This document shows positions 13,401 to 27,060 of a stretch of DNA of 64,000 nt, piece after piece; position 1 is the first letter of the stretch; every line of letters begins with the position of its first letter. The DNA is taken from the NCBI GenBank assembly GCA_013265495.1, contig MU058213.1, forward strand, positions 6,526,066-6,590,065, read 5' to 3'. The stretch is from Vicugna vicugna. Taxonomy: Eukaryota. The translations under genes and the position numbers were made by a program. A model generated the notes under the pieces. The model was not told the DNA's origin. It did no database searches and saw nothing but the letters and a program-made list of their open reading frames with translations.

Positions 13401-16400
13401 TATTTGTGTTAACAGCCTTCCACTAAGTCCTTTTAAAGGTGAGATGGAAATAAATGAAAATTCCAGCCACTGAAAAGTATTAAGGTCAGGCTGATATGAA
13501 TATTTCATTTCCCTAGCAAAATCATTATTTGATGCCATGAGGACCTTATGCAAATTTGGAGAGCAGGATGTTCAAGTTTGGAGAATGTTCTTCAGTACTG
13601 ACCAATTAGGAAATCATCTCTTAGACTACAACTAGTCTTTAAAAATATAAATGAATCACAACCAGAAACAATTCCTCCTACTTTAACTGACTGCCTGAAG
13701 AACACGGTGACCTATGGGAAAGAGGTTGCAAAGTGTCTCCCTTCTCTTTTCTTTGGTACAAAAATGAGCAGTTACAAAATATGTATACTATATGAAGTGA
13801 GAAAGAATGAGTATCAAAAAATTTGCCTCTTGCACATCAAAATATAAAGATCCAATACAAGCAAAGAAATAAAACAAAACATACTGTTTTATGCATTCTG
13901 GTATGCCAACATATTCCATGGGGACAAGTTCCGCTAGTTCTGCCAAATTAAAGACGTATCTAATTTTTTGGCTGAATTTTGAGCTATGGGAGAAAATAAA
14001 AATAATTATCTTAGTATTTCTGACCAACAGAACTAACATGAAATTCATACAAGGAGTTCATGTTCTTATTTTTTTAAAGAAAATGGTTCTCAGAAGATTA
14101 CCTAATAAATGGTCTTGTAACAGCCAGAAGTGTTCTGATAAACCAAGAGGGATGTACAATGATTAGAGATTTTAGGTTTTTCCGTAACCTGGAGTTTAAA
14201 AAAAAAGAAAGTTTTAAAAGCTCTACAAATTCTAATGCCAGAGGAAGAGCAAACAAATCAGTAAGTATGTGCAAGTCTATACAAAAAAAAATCAACTGAA
14301 AACCTCTCATCCAAGACTTGTCATTTAGATATGACATTCCTAAAGACAAGCAAATGCACTCCTGAATTCCAGTGGTCCTACCTACTGGGATGAATCTGAC
14401 TAAATTTATGTCCACAGTGTAGCCTATTATTAAATATCTCCTAGAATACATTCACTTGTCTTCAGGACTGTCAATCAGGGTAGAGGCCAACACTGAATAT
14501 AAAAGTCAGTTGTTTTCATTTTTCAGAGGGGCAACTGTTACTAATTTCTTCAACACCATGAAGGCACTGGGCTGGCAGAACGGTGGGAGCGGAGACCGTA
14601 AGAACAGGTAACGTGGTTCAGATCTAATGTATTCTTACAGAGTCTAAAATTTTTATTGAAAGTTAAAAGCATTATCCTAGACAACTTAAAATGTTAAAAA
14701 TAAAAACCGCTGTTTTAGCAGTATATTTCACACTTAAATAAAGGCATCAGTAAGGATTTTTTTTTTTTGTCCTAATCACAAGAACTAGCCAACGTCATGT
14801 GCAGGCATGAAGAGAAACCCTTTAATGGGTTGGAGTTGATTAAACCAGTCTGAATTAGCTATGGTCAAATCAAACCAAACGGAGGATCAAAATTCCTTCC
14901 ATCAGCATGGATGACTAACTCCCAGGAGAATACAATTCTAGAGCTCATTCCAAAGATAGATTATAGCTCAGCAAGCATCTTAAGAAACATATTATCCTAA
15001 GCACTATAAATTAGGCAAGATCCAGAATATAACAAGAACAGGAAATGTGCTAAATTCTCCATCCTTCCCCAAAACGTAAATTATAGGAAAGTGTTTGATG
15101 TGGTATAAATAAGGAGAAATAAAGAATGATTTTTGTAAGTTTGAAGACAGAAACTTGTCATGAAATTAATAAACTTAATTTATGAAGTAGATACATGGTG
15201 CCTTTAAGTGGCAACAGAAAATAAAATTTAATCTAATAAGGCCATTATAAAAATTATTCAGACTAGCTTTTAACTTGTATTTACAATACCGTCTATCAAT
15301 CTGTTGATAGCATTTCCTGAGCCATCCCAAACTGGGCATTTTTCTTCGAGTTGTTGCACCATTTAAATAAACTATCATGTAGTTTTCTGCTACTAACAGC
15401 TCCAAAGTGCCAATAACATACCTGTAAAAACAAATTAGGTTTAAGTTTTAAATGTCACTTTGCAGAACCAAACCAGGTTTTCCAAATTACACAATTCTTT
15501 TCCCTCCCCTTCAGTGAGAGCAAAAATAATTAAAAATTTAAAACTGCTTTAGTTGGTATTATGATTATTTAAAGAAAAGAAGAGTTCATTTAGAAATCTT
15601 TATTGAAACGTTTATAGATGATATGATATCTGGGATTTACTTCCAAATTTTACCTTGGGGGGTGTATAAATTGTGGGAATAAAGTACAAATTGTTATTTG
15701 TGGAAATGGGTAATTGTTACACAAATATTTAATGTATTTCTATCTTTGTATATGTTTAAAATTTTCCCCAACATTTTTTTTTTTTAAACTGCACTAAGTT
15801 GAGAAATAGAATGACTCTGGAAATAAAGCTGAATCAGCTTAGCTACATTTGGCTTCTTGGGGGTAAATGTAATTTAGCCAGCTGATTTTGAGATAAGGTA
15901 CTTCTTTACACTTACTGTGTCCTCCAATGTAAAATAGTAAGTTAGAACAGATAATCTGAAATATCCCTTCCAGTTTTTCTTTTTTGAGGGGGACAATGGA
16001 TAGTTTCACAATGCCAAAAAATTCATTTAAGGAACCAGAACTGAGATATTGATAATTCTTACCCAGCTAAAGTTCACCTCCTTAAACGGGAGATGTACTT
16101 AACTCAATTCTGTCCAAACACTTTTGTGATGATCTACTTACTTAAAGAGATTGTCCATCAGGTATCTATAGTTAGGTTGACCACTTTCGGGCATAAAACA
16201 GACAGCAAACACAACGATGGCGTTTAATCCATCCCCATAATATCCTGAAAAACAATCCGAAGACAAAATCATCAGCACGGTTCTACCCTGAAGAGTGTTC
16301 AGAAGATACCGATTATGGTTGATATAGTCTACACGTTTCTGAATCAAAAATACATTTTCTGTTCTGACCGTATAGTCTTGTAGAGATCTTTATATCTCCT

Positions 16401-19400
16401 CTTCTCAAAAAGAGAATAAAATCTGAAGGGGAAGGGTGAGCATAAAAACCTGAAACTCACTTAAATTAGTATACTCAGAAAGCCAGTCTTATTTTAGCAC
16501 GTAGATAGTGATATAATCTAAGCAGACACAATACAGCAACATCCCCAACAAAATCTTATGCAACCTATACTTAAAGTGGTTGCTTTTTAAAAAAGTTTTA
16601 AATATGAAAACGAATATATGTACGGATATGCCTGACTGGGACATTCTGCTGTACACCAGAAATTGACACACTGTAACTGACAGTACTAAAAAAAAAAAGT
16701 AAATAGTTTTACATTCAATGATGTCTAACATTTTGCAGATGTTAGGGTATTACAACTAAGAAAAGATTATACCTCTGATATAAGTCTAAGAGGAAGAAAA
16801 ACAGTGCTGAAATGTGTTTTAATTATAATCTTTAAAATGTTTGTTTTAATTATAATACAGATATTAAGCTGTAATCAGTGACAGATATTTTTGCTTTGAC
16901 TTTTATTTCCATTATTTACAAACATGCACTGAAAAGGTTAGATCATTTCAAGTACATCAGAATCTTCACTATCTTTCTTAATCCCTTTGTCACAAAACAC
17001 ATTGTGGTAATTCAATACGATAAAAAGGCCCTAATTACTTTCCCCCAAGAAAAATATAGCGCTATTTCTAAAAGACATTAGGTTTAAACCATGAGGCAGG
17101 TCTCACAACTTGCTTCCAATGAGCTGGCTGGATTAATGAGTGTCTGTGGACCTTCTGATCCATATTATCCTGTTTTCTTCATCTGAATAAGATTAAATTA
17201 GGCAGAATAATGTAACTGCAAATATTCAAGTGATTTGCTTTCAGATAAATGAAGACTACAGAAATAAGCAGAAGAATGCACTGGGTAAAGAGTAAATTAA
17301 GCGGAAATGACTCTACCTGAAATAGCTAACCCGCTGCACCTACGTGGCCTCCTGTCCTGCATTAGGATTTCAGGTAATATGACATGCTCTACAGAGTAAG
17401 TTGCATTCTGACTACTGCTAGCATCCTGGCACTGTTTACAAAGTGCTGAGGTAGACCATATACAGCACAGTCAGACTGACAGAAGTTACAACTGCACTTC
17501 ATAGCTTTTCCTATTTCACTTGCAAAATTGTAAAGGAACAAAGCCTTAATTTTGTATATTCCTCAAATATGTAAAGTAGGTGTTTCATAAAAGTGTGGAA
17601 TGAACAAATTCTCTACTTTGTGGTAAAGTTAAATGATTTGCTCTGGATTTTAGGGTAAAGAGTAGTATTTTAGAAGGCCAGGTTTTATTTATATCCACAA
17701 AAGATTTGTACAAGAATGTTCATGGCAGTTGTAATCATAACACTTCAAACTGGAAACAACTCACATGTCCATTAAAAAAAAGTATGGATAAGCATACTGG
17801 CTTATCCACACGATGTAGTGCCACTCCGTAGTAACAAAGAGTGAACTACAGATACACGTTACAACACAGATGAATTTCAAAATGATCATGCTGAGCGAAA
17901 GAAGCAGACAAAAGAGTATATACTAAATGACTACACTTACATTAAATTCTGTAACAGGCAAAACTAATCATAGTGTAGGTATCAGCATAGTGGTTAATGG
18001 AGAGACGGTACTCATTGAGAGGGAGTAATAGAGAATTTTCTGGGGCAATGAAAATGTTCTGTCTAGGGGGTGTAGATTATATGGGTATATGGTTATATGG
18101 GCATTTGTCAAAACTCAGTGAACTGTATATGTATACACTTAAGACTAGAGCATTTCCAAGTGAAATAAGTTGGAAACAAGAAAGACAAATACTGTATGTC
18201 ATGTGTACCTAAAATCTGAAAACTGAACTCACAGAAACAGAGAATAGAATGGTGGTTACTAGGGACTGGGGGATGAGGGGACAGAGGAGATGTTGGTCAA
18301 AGTACAAACTTCCAGTTAGAAGATGGGTAAATTCTGGGGACTAATGTACAATGTGGTGACTGTAGTTAACAATATTGGGAGTAGGGTACAGCTCAGTGGT
18401 AGAGCGTGTATTCAGCATGAGGTCCTGGGTTCAATCTCTAGTGCCTCCATTAAGTAAATAAATGAACCTAATTACCACCTCCCCCCAAAAAAGCAGCAAA
18501 ACAAATCATGTATTATGTACTTGAAAGCTGCCGAAAGAGTAGATCTTAAATGTTTCCAACACAAAAAAGAAATGGTAATTACGTGATGTGATGCAGGTGT
18601 TAGCTAGTGCTACGGTGGTAACCACTTGCAATATATAATGTTATCAGATGAATGTGTTTTACCCCTTAAACGTAACGTTTTATGTCAGTTTTATCTTAAT
18701 GAAGCTGGGGGGGGGACGGAATTTGCAAATACTCAAAAAAAAAAAAAAAAGAGGATTAGAGTGTTTCACTGTATATAAATTATAAATGGATTAAAAGGAG
18801 AGAAAGTCAAGTTCCAGTTTGGGGTAACTACAGATAGAGGACAGGGCTGGGAGGGAGGCAGCTCTCACTGCACACCTGCTGAACTTTAAATGTTGGTTTT
18901 ATCCTTTCACTTCAAACCTGCTACATCTCTAAAATGACATCATAAATGTTTATTATGCTTTCAAAATTACACTGTCTCAAGGGTGAGACCCTAAGCATTC
19001 AGATCCCTGATACTGTATTACAAAATCTGAACTATCTTCCATAACTCTTACCTCCATGGCTGATAACTTTTTTATAGGGCTCAATTGCTTTCATATCAAC
19101 CCTGTGGTCCTGTTCTCCAATTCTGAACATACGCCAGCGTCGTCCGTCTTCTTTTTCTTCTGCTGTTGAATATTCAGTAATTGAGCCTTTCCTAATAACT
19201 TCAGTAGTCTTAGGTTTGGGAAGATCATCTGTCAAAATAAAAGGTTTTTGAATCACAGATTATTATTGTGCAATAAAAATCAGATTACATGTTAACCACT
19301 TTACTATCTAATTAGATTGCTCAGAGAATGTTTCATTATACCTTCTGTGGAATTTAAAGTATTTCTAGTATAACAGAGGAAAAGGCTTGCTCTTGATAAG

Positions 19401-22400
19401 GCCAATTATATTTCTGGAAATCATAGTTCTTTAACTTTTTTTTGTATTGCCTAATTCAGTAAGAACTTAATCAAAGTGCAATGTCCATCCACAAATTCAG
19501 AAAAGATAATTCATAGAGCCATGAAAATCACAGTTGGCCTCACAATGCCTTTCCAGATTCTACTTATAACACTGTCCTTGACAGGTACCATTATGGATTA
19601 CGGAAAGCAACTATTCAGGGGCCAAATATTTTTTGTTGTTGAGCACAAAAATTATTCCCTGAACATTTTAATACAAGATAGAAAGTGGTTAACTGTTCAA
19701 TAATTATTTCTCACTTGATCAGTTTTATCAGGTAGAAAATTATCGACAATATTCTGAAGTGTACATGCAGAAGGCTATTTTAAGTGGACATCAGCCAAAG
19801 CATAAGCACCATTGATTAGGTATAATTTACATTTTAAGATTGCATTTTAGGTGATTTTTAATCAAGTAATGATTTTCAAAATTTTAGTATCATAGTCCTT
19901 ACCAAAAGATGGGGGAAGGGAAACCTACTGTATGTTAGTTGTTTGTTTCCAAGACAAAGCTGTTAACGGAAAATATCCTTCCAGGAAATGACTACAGCAG
20001 CATTAAAGAAAGAAGAGACAAAACACATAGGCAGAAAACTATTTCAGTATCTTTATAAAATATTGCTTATTACTGGACCACTTATTGAACCAGTAAAATA
20101 GGGAAGAAAAAGTGAACAAAAGATATAGCACGTTAAGGATCTTGTTCTTTACTGCAGATAACATACCTAGTGCTAAACACTGCTTTGAAGTAAAAGTCAT
20201 TTTCAAAATGAAATATTATATATATATTAAAAAGTATTATGACTATTTAAAGACACTATATACAGTAATTACCTAATTCAAGAAAGCATGTAAAGCAAAA
20301 CACATGCCAATTCCTTTCAATTCCAAATTAACTAATAAGGAATATAAGGGAAGGGGCTAGGAGAATACATCAATTCAAGTTGGTTTACAAAGTGCTGCAC
20401 TATCAGGCAAACCTACTTAAAAAAATCTTCCTAAAAAAAATGCCTCAGAAGTCCCTCTGCAAATCCTCAACTACTTCTAGCAATTCCTCAAAGAATATGT
20501 CTCTTCAAAGCTTTTTTCTTAGTTGATTGACTGAATAAAAGAACATGTCATAATTACCAAGCATTTGAGAGCAACATTAAGAAAAAACATAACTTTATAG
20601 CACTGGGCAATTAAAAGTAAAGCCACTACTATGAAGAGTTTTGACCATGAGGATATTCAGTGCTAGCAGAATTTCATATCTTAATATCAAATATATGAAC
20701 TTTAAAAAGAATAACATCATATTTCAACAGAATCCCTTAATCATTGATTCTAGTTGGCTTTATGATCATATTTTAAGGTTTTCTAATTATCCTAATATGA
20801 AAATGCCACTGCAGAAACATGTAGATATATGAGCACAAACATTCATTAATAAAGGTCAGGTAAAAACAATGAGACATTTACCTTCCCACTCAAATTCATT
20901 ACTGTCCTCGGATGGTGTATCTAAGCCATCTAAGTCAATCTCCCCACTTTCATCCAAGTCATCTGACAACACAGAGCCATCACTAGGATCCAGAGTAAGG
21001 CTAATGTCCGGAGCCATTAGTTTCTTTCTTACTTTATTGCCATTAACTTCTACTGAGCCTGGAATGGGTAAACAAAGTGAAAGATACATTTAGAAGAAAT
21101 GCATAGATGCACAAATTGAGTAAGAGAAAAGATATCTTGAGAAGGTAACATTAATGAAACACAATTCCAAAGCACTAATTTATCAACTTTGGATTCTGAT
21201 CACTCCTGCTTCTATATCACAGCAAGATGACACATCCCAGCAAGGATCTGCCTTTTTAAATAACAGAGGCAGACCTTACAGTCCCCTCTCACTACTAAAA
21301 ATGATCTCCTGTCGCCCGTTTGTTGAAATTTCCGAAACTCAAGGGTATGTTTTTGAAAAGTTAAATTTCCAAAGCATTGCAAAAATGCTTTCCTAAACAT
21401 TTAACTTATCCTTTGGCACCTTATGATGGATCAAAAACTGAGTATATCTTTTTATCTTAAAGAAATGTGTTAAAAAAAATAGCACACTTAAAGTCTATAA
21501 TATCACTGAAACTAAGTGTCAGGTTCTTACCAGGCTGACTCTCTGGTCCAGTTACAGCTAATATATCTGCTTCAATACTATCATCTTCCGGTAAAGGTCT
21601 AGAAGACACAGATATAATTTTTTCACCCAGAAATTAAAAATAAATTTTTTTCAAGTTCAAAGATCTGTTAAAAGAGCTTATAGAAACAATTATGTGGAAA
21701 ACTGAATTAAGCAATGTTTCTTAAGCTTTAGTAATTTACAAACCACTGTTAAAGAAAATTCAGACTGCCCAAATTAACTTACATATTTATATAAGTAACA
21801 CATAAAAGATATAAATTCCTTCTGTAACTGCTCTTAAATACAACAAAACAAATATAAAAATCATTAGCCACCTACAAAACACACATATTTCAAATGCACG
21901 AATTTAACGTGATGTGTGATCCTATGTATGATGACGAAGCTCAGCTGCCACTCACAATGGGAATATATGACTATAACTTTTGAGCTCAGCACTTCTATAC
22001 TACTGTTATCATGATGTGCTACACAACTGAGTACTCTCCCTATTCCAACTGCTAAGTATTCCAACTGCCAACGAAACTTCTTGAGCACTGGATGGTCTTC
22101 TGACCATCATGTCATGGAAGCATCATTTAAATATAAGCTCTGCCTTTGCGTTTTCTCTCTTCACCCAACTGGTGCCAACAGAGTTGTAAACACAAATACA
22201 AATGTGTCACGATACCTGGCCAGATAATCTAGAAAACTCTTCCTTATTTACTTAGTATGTTTTTTTCTTAAGATAAAGCATGCAATTTAACAGTTCTTAC
22301 AGACAACTCAAGATTCCCTTTCCCCAGAAAACTGACTCTAACAAATACCACATTAAAGCACTGTTTATAACAGTAAAACATTTGAAACTTGAGTGTCCAA

Positions 22401-22676
22401 AACAAAAATGAAAAGATTATAGAAGATCACATACATATTTGGTTAGAAAGTGGGATACAAGAGAATGAGTCTATTAGAAAGGAACTTTTGTTTACTAGTA
22501 TTAAAGGCACACCTTTCAATACTGAGTTTCTTTAAGAAACCCAATATTCAGTTAATAAGTGACATCTCAATAAAGAAATTGTGAAATTTTGTATTAAATT
22601 TGTTTTCATTTGGAAGCATTGCTCACATTGGAAAATCTTCATCTTGCCATTCTTCCTTAAGTTCTACACCTTCCAT
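10378..22676 (-). CDS. BNIP2: BCL2/adenovirus E1B 19 kDa-interacting protein 2 (BCH / CRAL-TRIO-like domain); spliced CDS of 9 coding exons, 314 aa
   Basis: Exons 22676-22627, 21598-21531, 21058-20882, 19228-19052, 16244-16142, 15421-15290, 14188-14102, 13983-13885 and 10429-10378 sum to 945 nt with GT-AG sites and consistent phases. Translation [28 protein letters not shown]...KQDEPKSEQ* is recognised as BNIP2. Confidence 0.98.
10708..10796 (+). mobile_element. tRNA-derived SINE (camelid Vic-1-like)
   Basis: A box TAGTTCAGTGG, B box GGTTCAATCC, A-tail; TSD aaaattca(a/g)attaca on both sides. Confidence 0.9.
13127..13162 (-). CDS. BNIP2: BNIP2 alternative 36-nt cassette exon adding [12 protein letters not shown] (326-aa isoform)
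   Basis: CCCTACCAAG|GTATGAAGAAGAAAAGTTAAAAAAGAAACAGAAAAG|GTATAT; phase 2-2, no stop; resembles the 12-aa insert recalled from the longer mammalian BNIP2 isoform. Confidence 0.85.
13885..13983 (-). CDS. BNIP2: BNIP2 exon 9 ([32 protein letters not shown])
   Basis: 99 nt; CCCATAG| ... |GTATGT. Confidence 0.97.
14102..14188 (-). CDS. BNIP2: BNIP2 exon 8 ([28 protein letters not shown])
   Basis: 87 nt; CTCCAG| ... |GTAATC. Confidence 0.97.
   Translation of the reverse strand, partial: VTEKPKISNHCTSLLVYQNTSGCYKTIY
15290..15421 (-). CDS. BNIP2: BNIP2 exon 7 ([21 protein letters not shown]...QQIDR)
   Basis: 132 nt; TTTACAG| ... |GTATTG. Confidence 0.97.
16142..16244 (-). CDS. BNIP2: BNIP2 exon 6 ([33 protein letters not shown])
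   Basis: 103 nt; TTTCAG| ... |GTAAGT. Confidence 0.97.
16575..16698 (+). mobile_element. Extremely 5'-truncated L1 3' tail
   Basis: tgactgggacattctgctgtacaccagaaattgacacactgtaactgac plus polyA; same tail as at ~2040-2100 and ~32950-33020. Confidence 0.8.
17690..18720 (+). mobile_element. Nested old L1 3' fragments (L1MC/ME and L1MA/MB-like)
   Basis: caagaatgttcatggcag...ggaaacaactcacatgtcca; agagaatagaatggtggttactaggg; ttgaaagctgccgaaagagtagatcttaaatg. Confidence 0.75.
18377..18500 (+). mobile_element. tRNA-derived SINE (Vic-1-like) inserted in L1
   Basis: AGCTCAGTGGTAGAGCG...GGTCCTGGGTTCAATC; tail aacctaattaccacctcccccc. Confidence 0.9.
19052..19228 (-). CDS. BNIP2: BNIP2 exon 5 ([10 protein letters not shown]...KKVISHG)
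   Basis: 177 nt within ORF 19032..19256; GACAG| ... |GTAAGA. Confidence 0.97.
20882..21058 (-). CDS. BNIP2: BNIP2 exon 4 ([23 protein letters not shown]...EFEWE)
   Basis: 177 nt within ORF 20856..21089; CCAG| ... |GTAAAT. Confidence 0.97.
21531..21598 (-). CDS. BNIP2: BNIP2 exon 3 ([22 protein letters not shown])
   Basis: 68 nt, TCTAG| ... |GTAAGA, phases match neighbours. Confidence 0.96.
22627..22676 (-). CDS. BNIP2: BNIP2 exon 2 coding part (whole exon 22733-22627), [16 protein letters not shown]
   Basis: Acceptor TTTTCAG|GAC (exon starts 22733), ATG at 22676 in AGGATGG context, donor AT|GTGAGC. Confidence 0.96.
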
Positions 22677-24559
22677 CCTCAGCCTGGACTCAATGTCAAC
22701 TATAGGCTCCTGATAATTCAGAGAGCCAATGTCCTGAAAAAAAAAGAGGAAAAAATTTTAACAGCTTATTTTCCATTTTATCTGCCGAAAAGACACAAAA
22801 ATCTTATACCTTAGCTCACACCTCCACCCTGGGTCAGGAAATACATTTATTGGGTTGCAACTACCACTTTTTTTTTTCCAATTAGAAAACAGGGTATATA
22901 TATTCTAGTAATCACTGTTTGGTAATTAGGGTATCGTGCAATTAAATACTTTCCAGTTGCATATATGCATATGTGTTCAAGTATGTGATTTAACATTTAT
23001 TAGGAACTATAAATTATGTAAAAGCAACTGGGGAAAGGGACACAAATACTAAAATTAAATAAATACATTCTCTACTCTAGACCTATAATTAAATTTTCTG
23101 TCCTCTGGAGAGGTTAATTCTAGAAACTAAATAATAGTAAATAGCATTTACATGTTCACAATTCAGGAGAGCCAAGTGTTGTGCGGTCTTTTATATTTCC
23201 TTCTCCACAGTTCCAATGCCATAATTCCCGAGCCACTTAAAGGTTATTCATTAACTGTCCAGTAAATGAATTATGCTACATTTTGATTTGCTTCATATCT
23301 ATACCAAGCTTTTCTCATACAGTTTAACGTGAGTTTTCGGATACTGAACTTAACGAATATTTCTACTAATGCAACTACATGTTTTACCTTGGTCCAAAAA
23401 TTTTAGTTTTAGTTTTTCCAAGGAAGGATGGAGGTGTCAGTATCCTAATTTTACACAATGAAGGATCTAGAGTTTGGTATGGTTGATGAAATAAAAAATA
23501 GAGGTATAAGTATATTGCTTAAAAAGTCATTAAGATCAACTGGTTAACAGCGCAACAAAAACTGTGACAATTCTGGGGGCCAAGAGGTATAAACAAGTTA
23601 TTTAGTTCACTTACACTAGAGTAAGTCAACAAATGGCTAAAGTTATTTTCTAAAAAAGCAGTAAAACACACAACTCTTCAGAGAGAAAAAGTATTACTAG
23701 ATTATCACTAGAAGTTTTAATAACAAAGTGGAAGAAAGTGGGATGGGGAAAATCAGGCTTTTCATAGCAAATCTTTCTAAGTTATTTAACTTTTAAAACC
23801 ATGTATATATAACTTGTGGTGATATTATATGGTTGCCTTATCTACTATGTCATTACAACATTCAAAAGACACACAAAGTTGTACAAAAAACCATTATGTT
23901 CCAGAACAATGACAAAGTTACACTAGAAATTTTTTGAAGTGTCTGTGTTTTGCTCAATCTCTTAAGCTTATTTTTCTAATTTCCCTATATAAATAGGCTT
24001 CCTGTTAAGTTTTACCCCTCAAAAAGAGTCGTGGAAACATTTGCCCCAACCTATCTACACATAGTGTCAATTTCTGTTGGTAAAATCATTCCTTGTTTGT
24101 AAGAGAAAATACATATCTCGATAAATTCGAGAGGACAAACCATGTCTTTTAGCTGCTTTACCACTTGAACGAGTCTATCACGTGAAAATATACACAGCAA
24201 GCCAGAGTCCTTCAGCCCGCTCAGCTGATTCATTCAGTTCTTACTTTAACATCATTGAATCTCGTAATGTTAATACATCACAGCATACGGTTATGGATAC
24301 CTAGTTTGGGAATAATTATTTAAGCTAGTTAAACAGAACCTAGGAGGAGAGACAGATTCACTCTTAACCATTTCAAATTCTAGAGGAAAAAGTACACTAG
24401 GCAGATAAAAAGTTTATTGAGAGAGGACTGCTCTTGGAAGCACATTGTCATCAGCAGCTGTAGGAACAGGAAACAAACAAGAAAGGAGCAATATAAGCAG
24501 AACCACTTTGAAGGAAATCAGAATACTGCTGACTCACAAGTTAACAGAAACACCAAACC

Positions 24560-24960
24560 CCCCAAAAAGTCAAGCTCACAGAGAACAGACTGTTGGTTGC
24601 CAGCGGTAAGGGGTGGGAGGTAGGTTAAATGGGTGAAGGGGATCAAATGGAACAGGATTCCAGCTAAAAAAAAGCCCTGGGAATGTACAGCACAGCACAG
24701 TGACTATAGCTAATACTACTGTATTAGATATTTCAAAGTTGCTAAGAGAGTAAATCTTAAAAGTTCTCATCACAAGAAAAAAAGTGTAACTAAGAACGGT
24801 GATGGATATTAACTAGACTTATTGTGGCGATCACTTTGCAATATAAACAAATATCAAATCTTCATGCTGTACACCTTAAATTAATATGTTCAATGTCCAT
24901 TATACCTCAATGTTGTACACCTGAAACAAAATATCATGTCAATTATATACCTCAATTAAA
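24560..24960 (+). mobile_element. L1 3' UTR fragment (L1MA9-like)
   Basis: Aligns by eye with 3840-4170. Confidence 0.8.
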
Positions 24961-26776
24961 TGTGATACTCTATCAGAGATGTTAACACAAAGTTCAAGAA
25001 GAATTACAATGGTTTGACATTTCTCAAAATTGTGAAGATAATAAAGCACAGGATAATTATGCCACCTACAAAAGGTACATTTATCATATTATAAGTATGC
25101 AGAACATACTGGAGATGCTCTGAGATCTTTAAGATTGTCTAATAACTGATCTCTAACACTTCATTGTAGAGTTACAATTAGATTTAATAAAAAGTTGTAA
25201 ATTTGGAGTATCACTATCATCATATTATACTAGTACTCTGCTTTAGAGAATGTAAGCTTCAAGACATCTTTTGATTCAATGTCAGCCAAGACCAGTTTAT
25301 CGGATATTCCAATATATTTACATACACTTCCTTTCTTAGGTGACTTTCTCCACTGCTGCTCTTTCTATCTAGCAGCATGACTCCAGATGAAATGAAGAAA
25401 ACCACCTTTCCAAAGAGTGCTTCTCACATTTACTAACCACTTGTACATTCATCATCTCATACGTTCCAACCAAAAATTTTGTGTCATATAAAACATCGGT
25501 GTTTTTATCCCCATTTTATCTTATACAATAGAGACAAATGACACTGTATCTTGGTTCCCAAATTAGACCAAGACTGTTTTTAATACAGTACACTGTCTCC
25601 AGTTCACTGGCAACTTTATAAAGAATAAGCCCGTAATGCCAGATTTACACATAGCTTCTAAGTCCTGTAAGACTACAATAGCACTGACTTATGCTCATCT
25701 AGTTCAACCCCCAGGTTTGCAGAAGTGGACCTATCATACTTCCTGTCTAAACCCAACAATAATATTAGGCTGCAATAGAGGAGATTGTGAAAAGAATACA
25801 GTTTAGAGAAAACGTTAAATGATCGGAACTAAGGAAAAGCTGTGCAAGATCATCAAGATAATATGTTGTAGGGTAACTAGATACGGTAACTTCAGTTACA
25901 ATTCTGAGGAAACATCCATTTACAAATTGCAGAAATTCTTATACAATTTTAGAGATAAAATGCGGTTAATTTGAAAATTAAGCATTAGGAGAAATAAAGG
26001 TCCTAATAAAAAAGAGAGAGGACGAAAAAAGCAACACCAAAATGCAACCACACACTTCATTCCACTAACGATATGGAAGACACTATGACTACCTGGATGA
26101 ACATGGCAAGCGCCGTGCCCTCAAAGGACTCCCAGAACAGGAAGACTAGGGGAAGTTCAAAGCAACGTAATAGACTCATATAAATTTCTGAGTTGACCTA
26201 GTATACCTCCAGTGACATTAGATACACCCCAGGAAACCCAAATCACTTTTGCCAGGTATTTAAGTACAAGGTAGTGTCTGAATCCACGCAGAACTCGGCT
26301 TTGGGCGTTGGAAAGTCCATTAAAGCCTGATTACAAACGCCGCTTCCGTGTCTGTTCCCCAAGGGTGCGGAGCACATTAGACGTCCAAGTTTCTTTGTTC
26401 TGCACAAGGACCGACGCTGGTGACAAAAAGGGATCAACTTGACACAGTCACCGTATCCAGACGGCGGAGTTTGAAGGGGGCTGAGAAGGCAAGTTCCCTG
26501 CGGCGCAAAACCATCACAAACGGAAAAGGGGTGGGACGAAGACAGGGGAAGCAAGGATGGCAAAAGCAAGCAGAAGCCCAGGCAAGGGCGGGGGCCTCAG
26601 CTGGGCGGGGATCCAGGAAGCGCCTCGAGGCAGTTCCTATGGCGCTCGCCACAACGGACAACGCCCTGGGCTTCCTTCCTCGGACGGTCCCGGGTAAGGG
26701 CCCCTCAGACGTCCGCCCCCCCAGGCCTGTTCCCAGCTCACACCCGCCGTGCTCAGCCTTCCCTAGTCGCACTTAC

Positions 26777-27060
26777 CCCGGAGGAAGCCTTGGCCTCCTC
26801 GTCTTCTTCGCCCCTCCAGCCCGGCGACGTAGGGCTGACGGCCAGGTCGCAGAAGGTAGTGCCGAGCGGAGCCCGCTCCCCTCCGACAGCTGTGAGACCC
26901 GGGCTAGTCCCCCGGCCACAGCGGCAACAGCAACGGCAGCGGCAGCGGCGGCAGCGGCAGTGGCTGACCCGGAGGCAGAGAGCGGACCCGGCGGAAGTGG
27001 CAACATCCCGACCTCCTCCAGACCCGGCAGCCGGCGGAAGCGGAGGCGTGGCGTCACCCT
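26777..27060 (-). other. BNIP2: BNIP2 exon 1 (5' leader; 5' end approximate)
   Basis: Lies in a CpG island; minus-strand donor GGG|GTAAGT with intron starting at 26776. Confidence 0.85.
26921..26960. repeat. Imperfect (CGGCAG)n / GCN repeat in BNIP2 exon 1
   Basis: gcggcaacagcaacggcagcggcagcggcggcagcggcag. Confidence 0.85.

Noticed and set aside
13984..14101. Short 118-nt BNIP2 intron whose retention gives an immediate stop
   Set aside because: Canonical splice sites and no sequence evidence of regulated retention.
21925..22105. ATGATGA ... CTGA resembling C/D snoRNA boxes in BNIP2 intron 2
   Set aside because: On the strand opposite the host gene, with no convincing terminal stem or guide.
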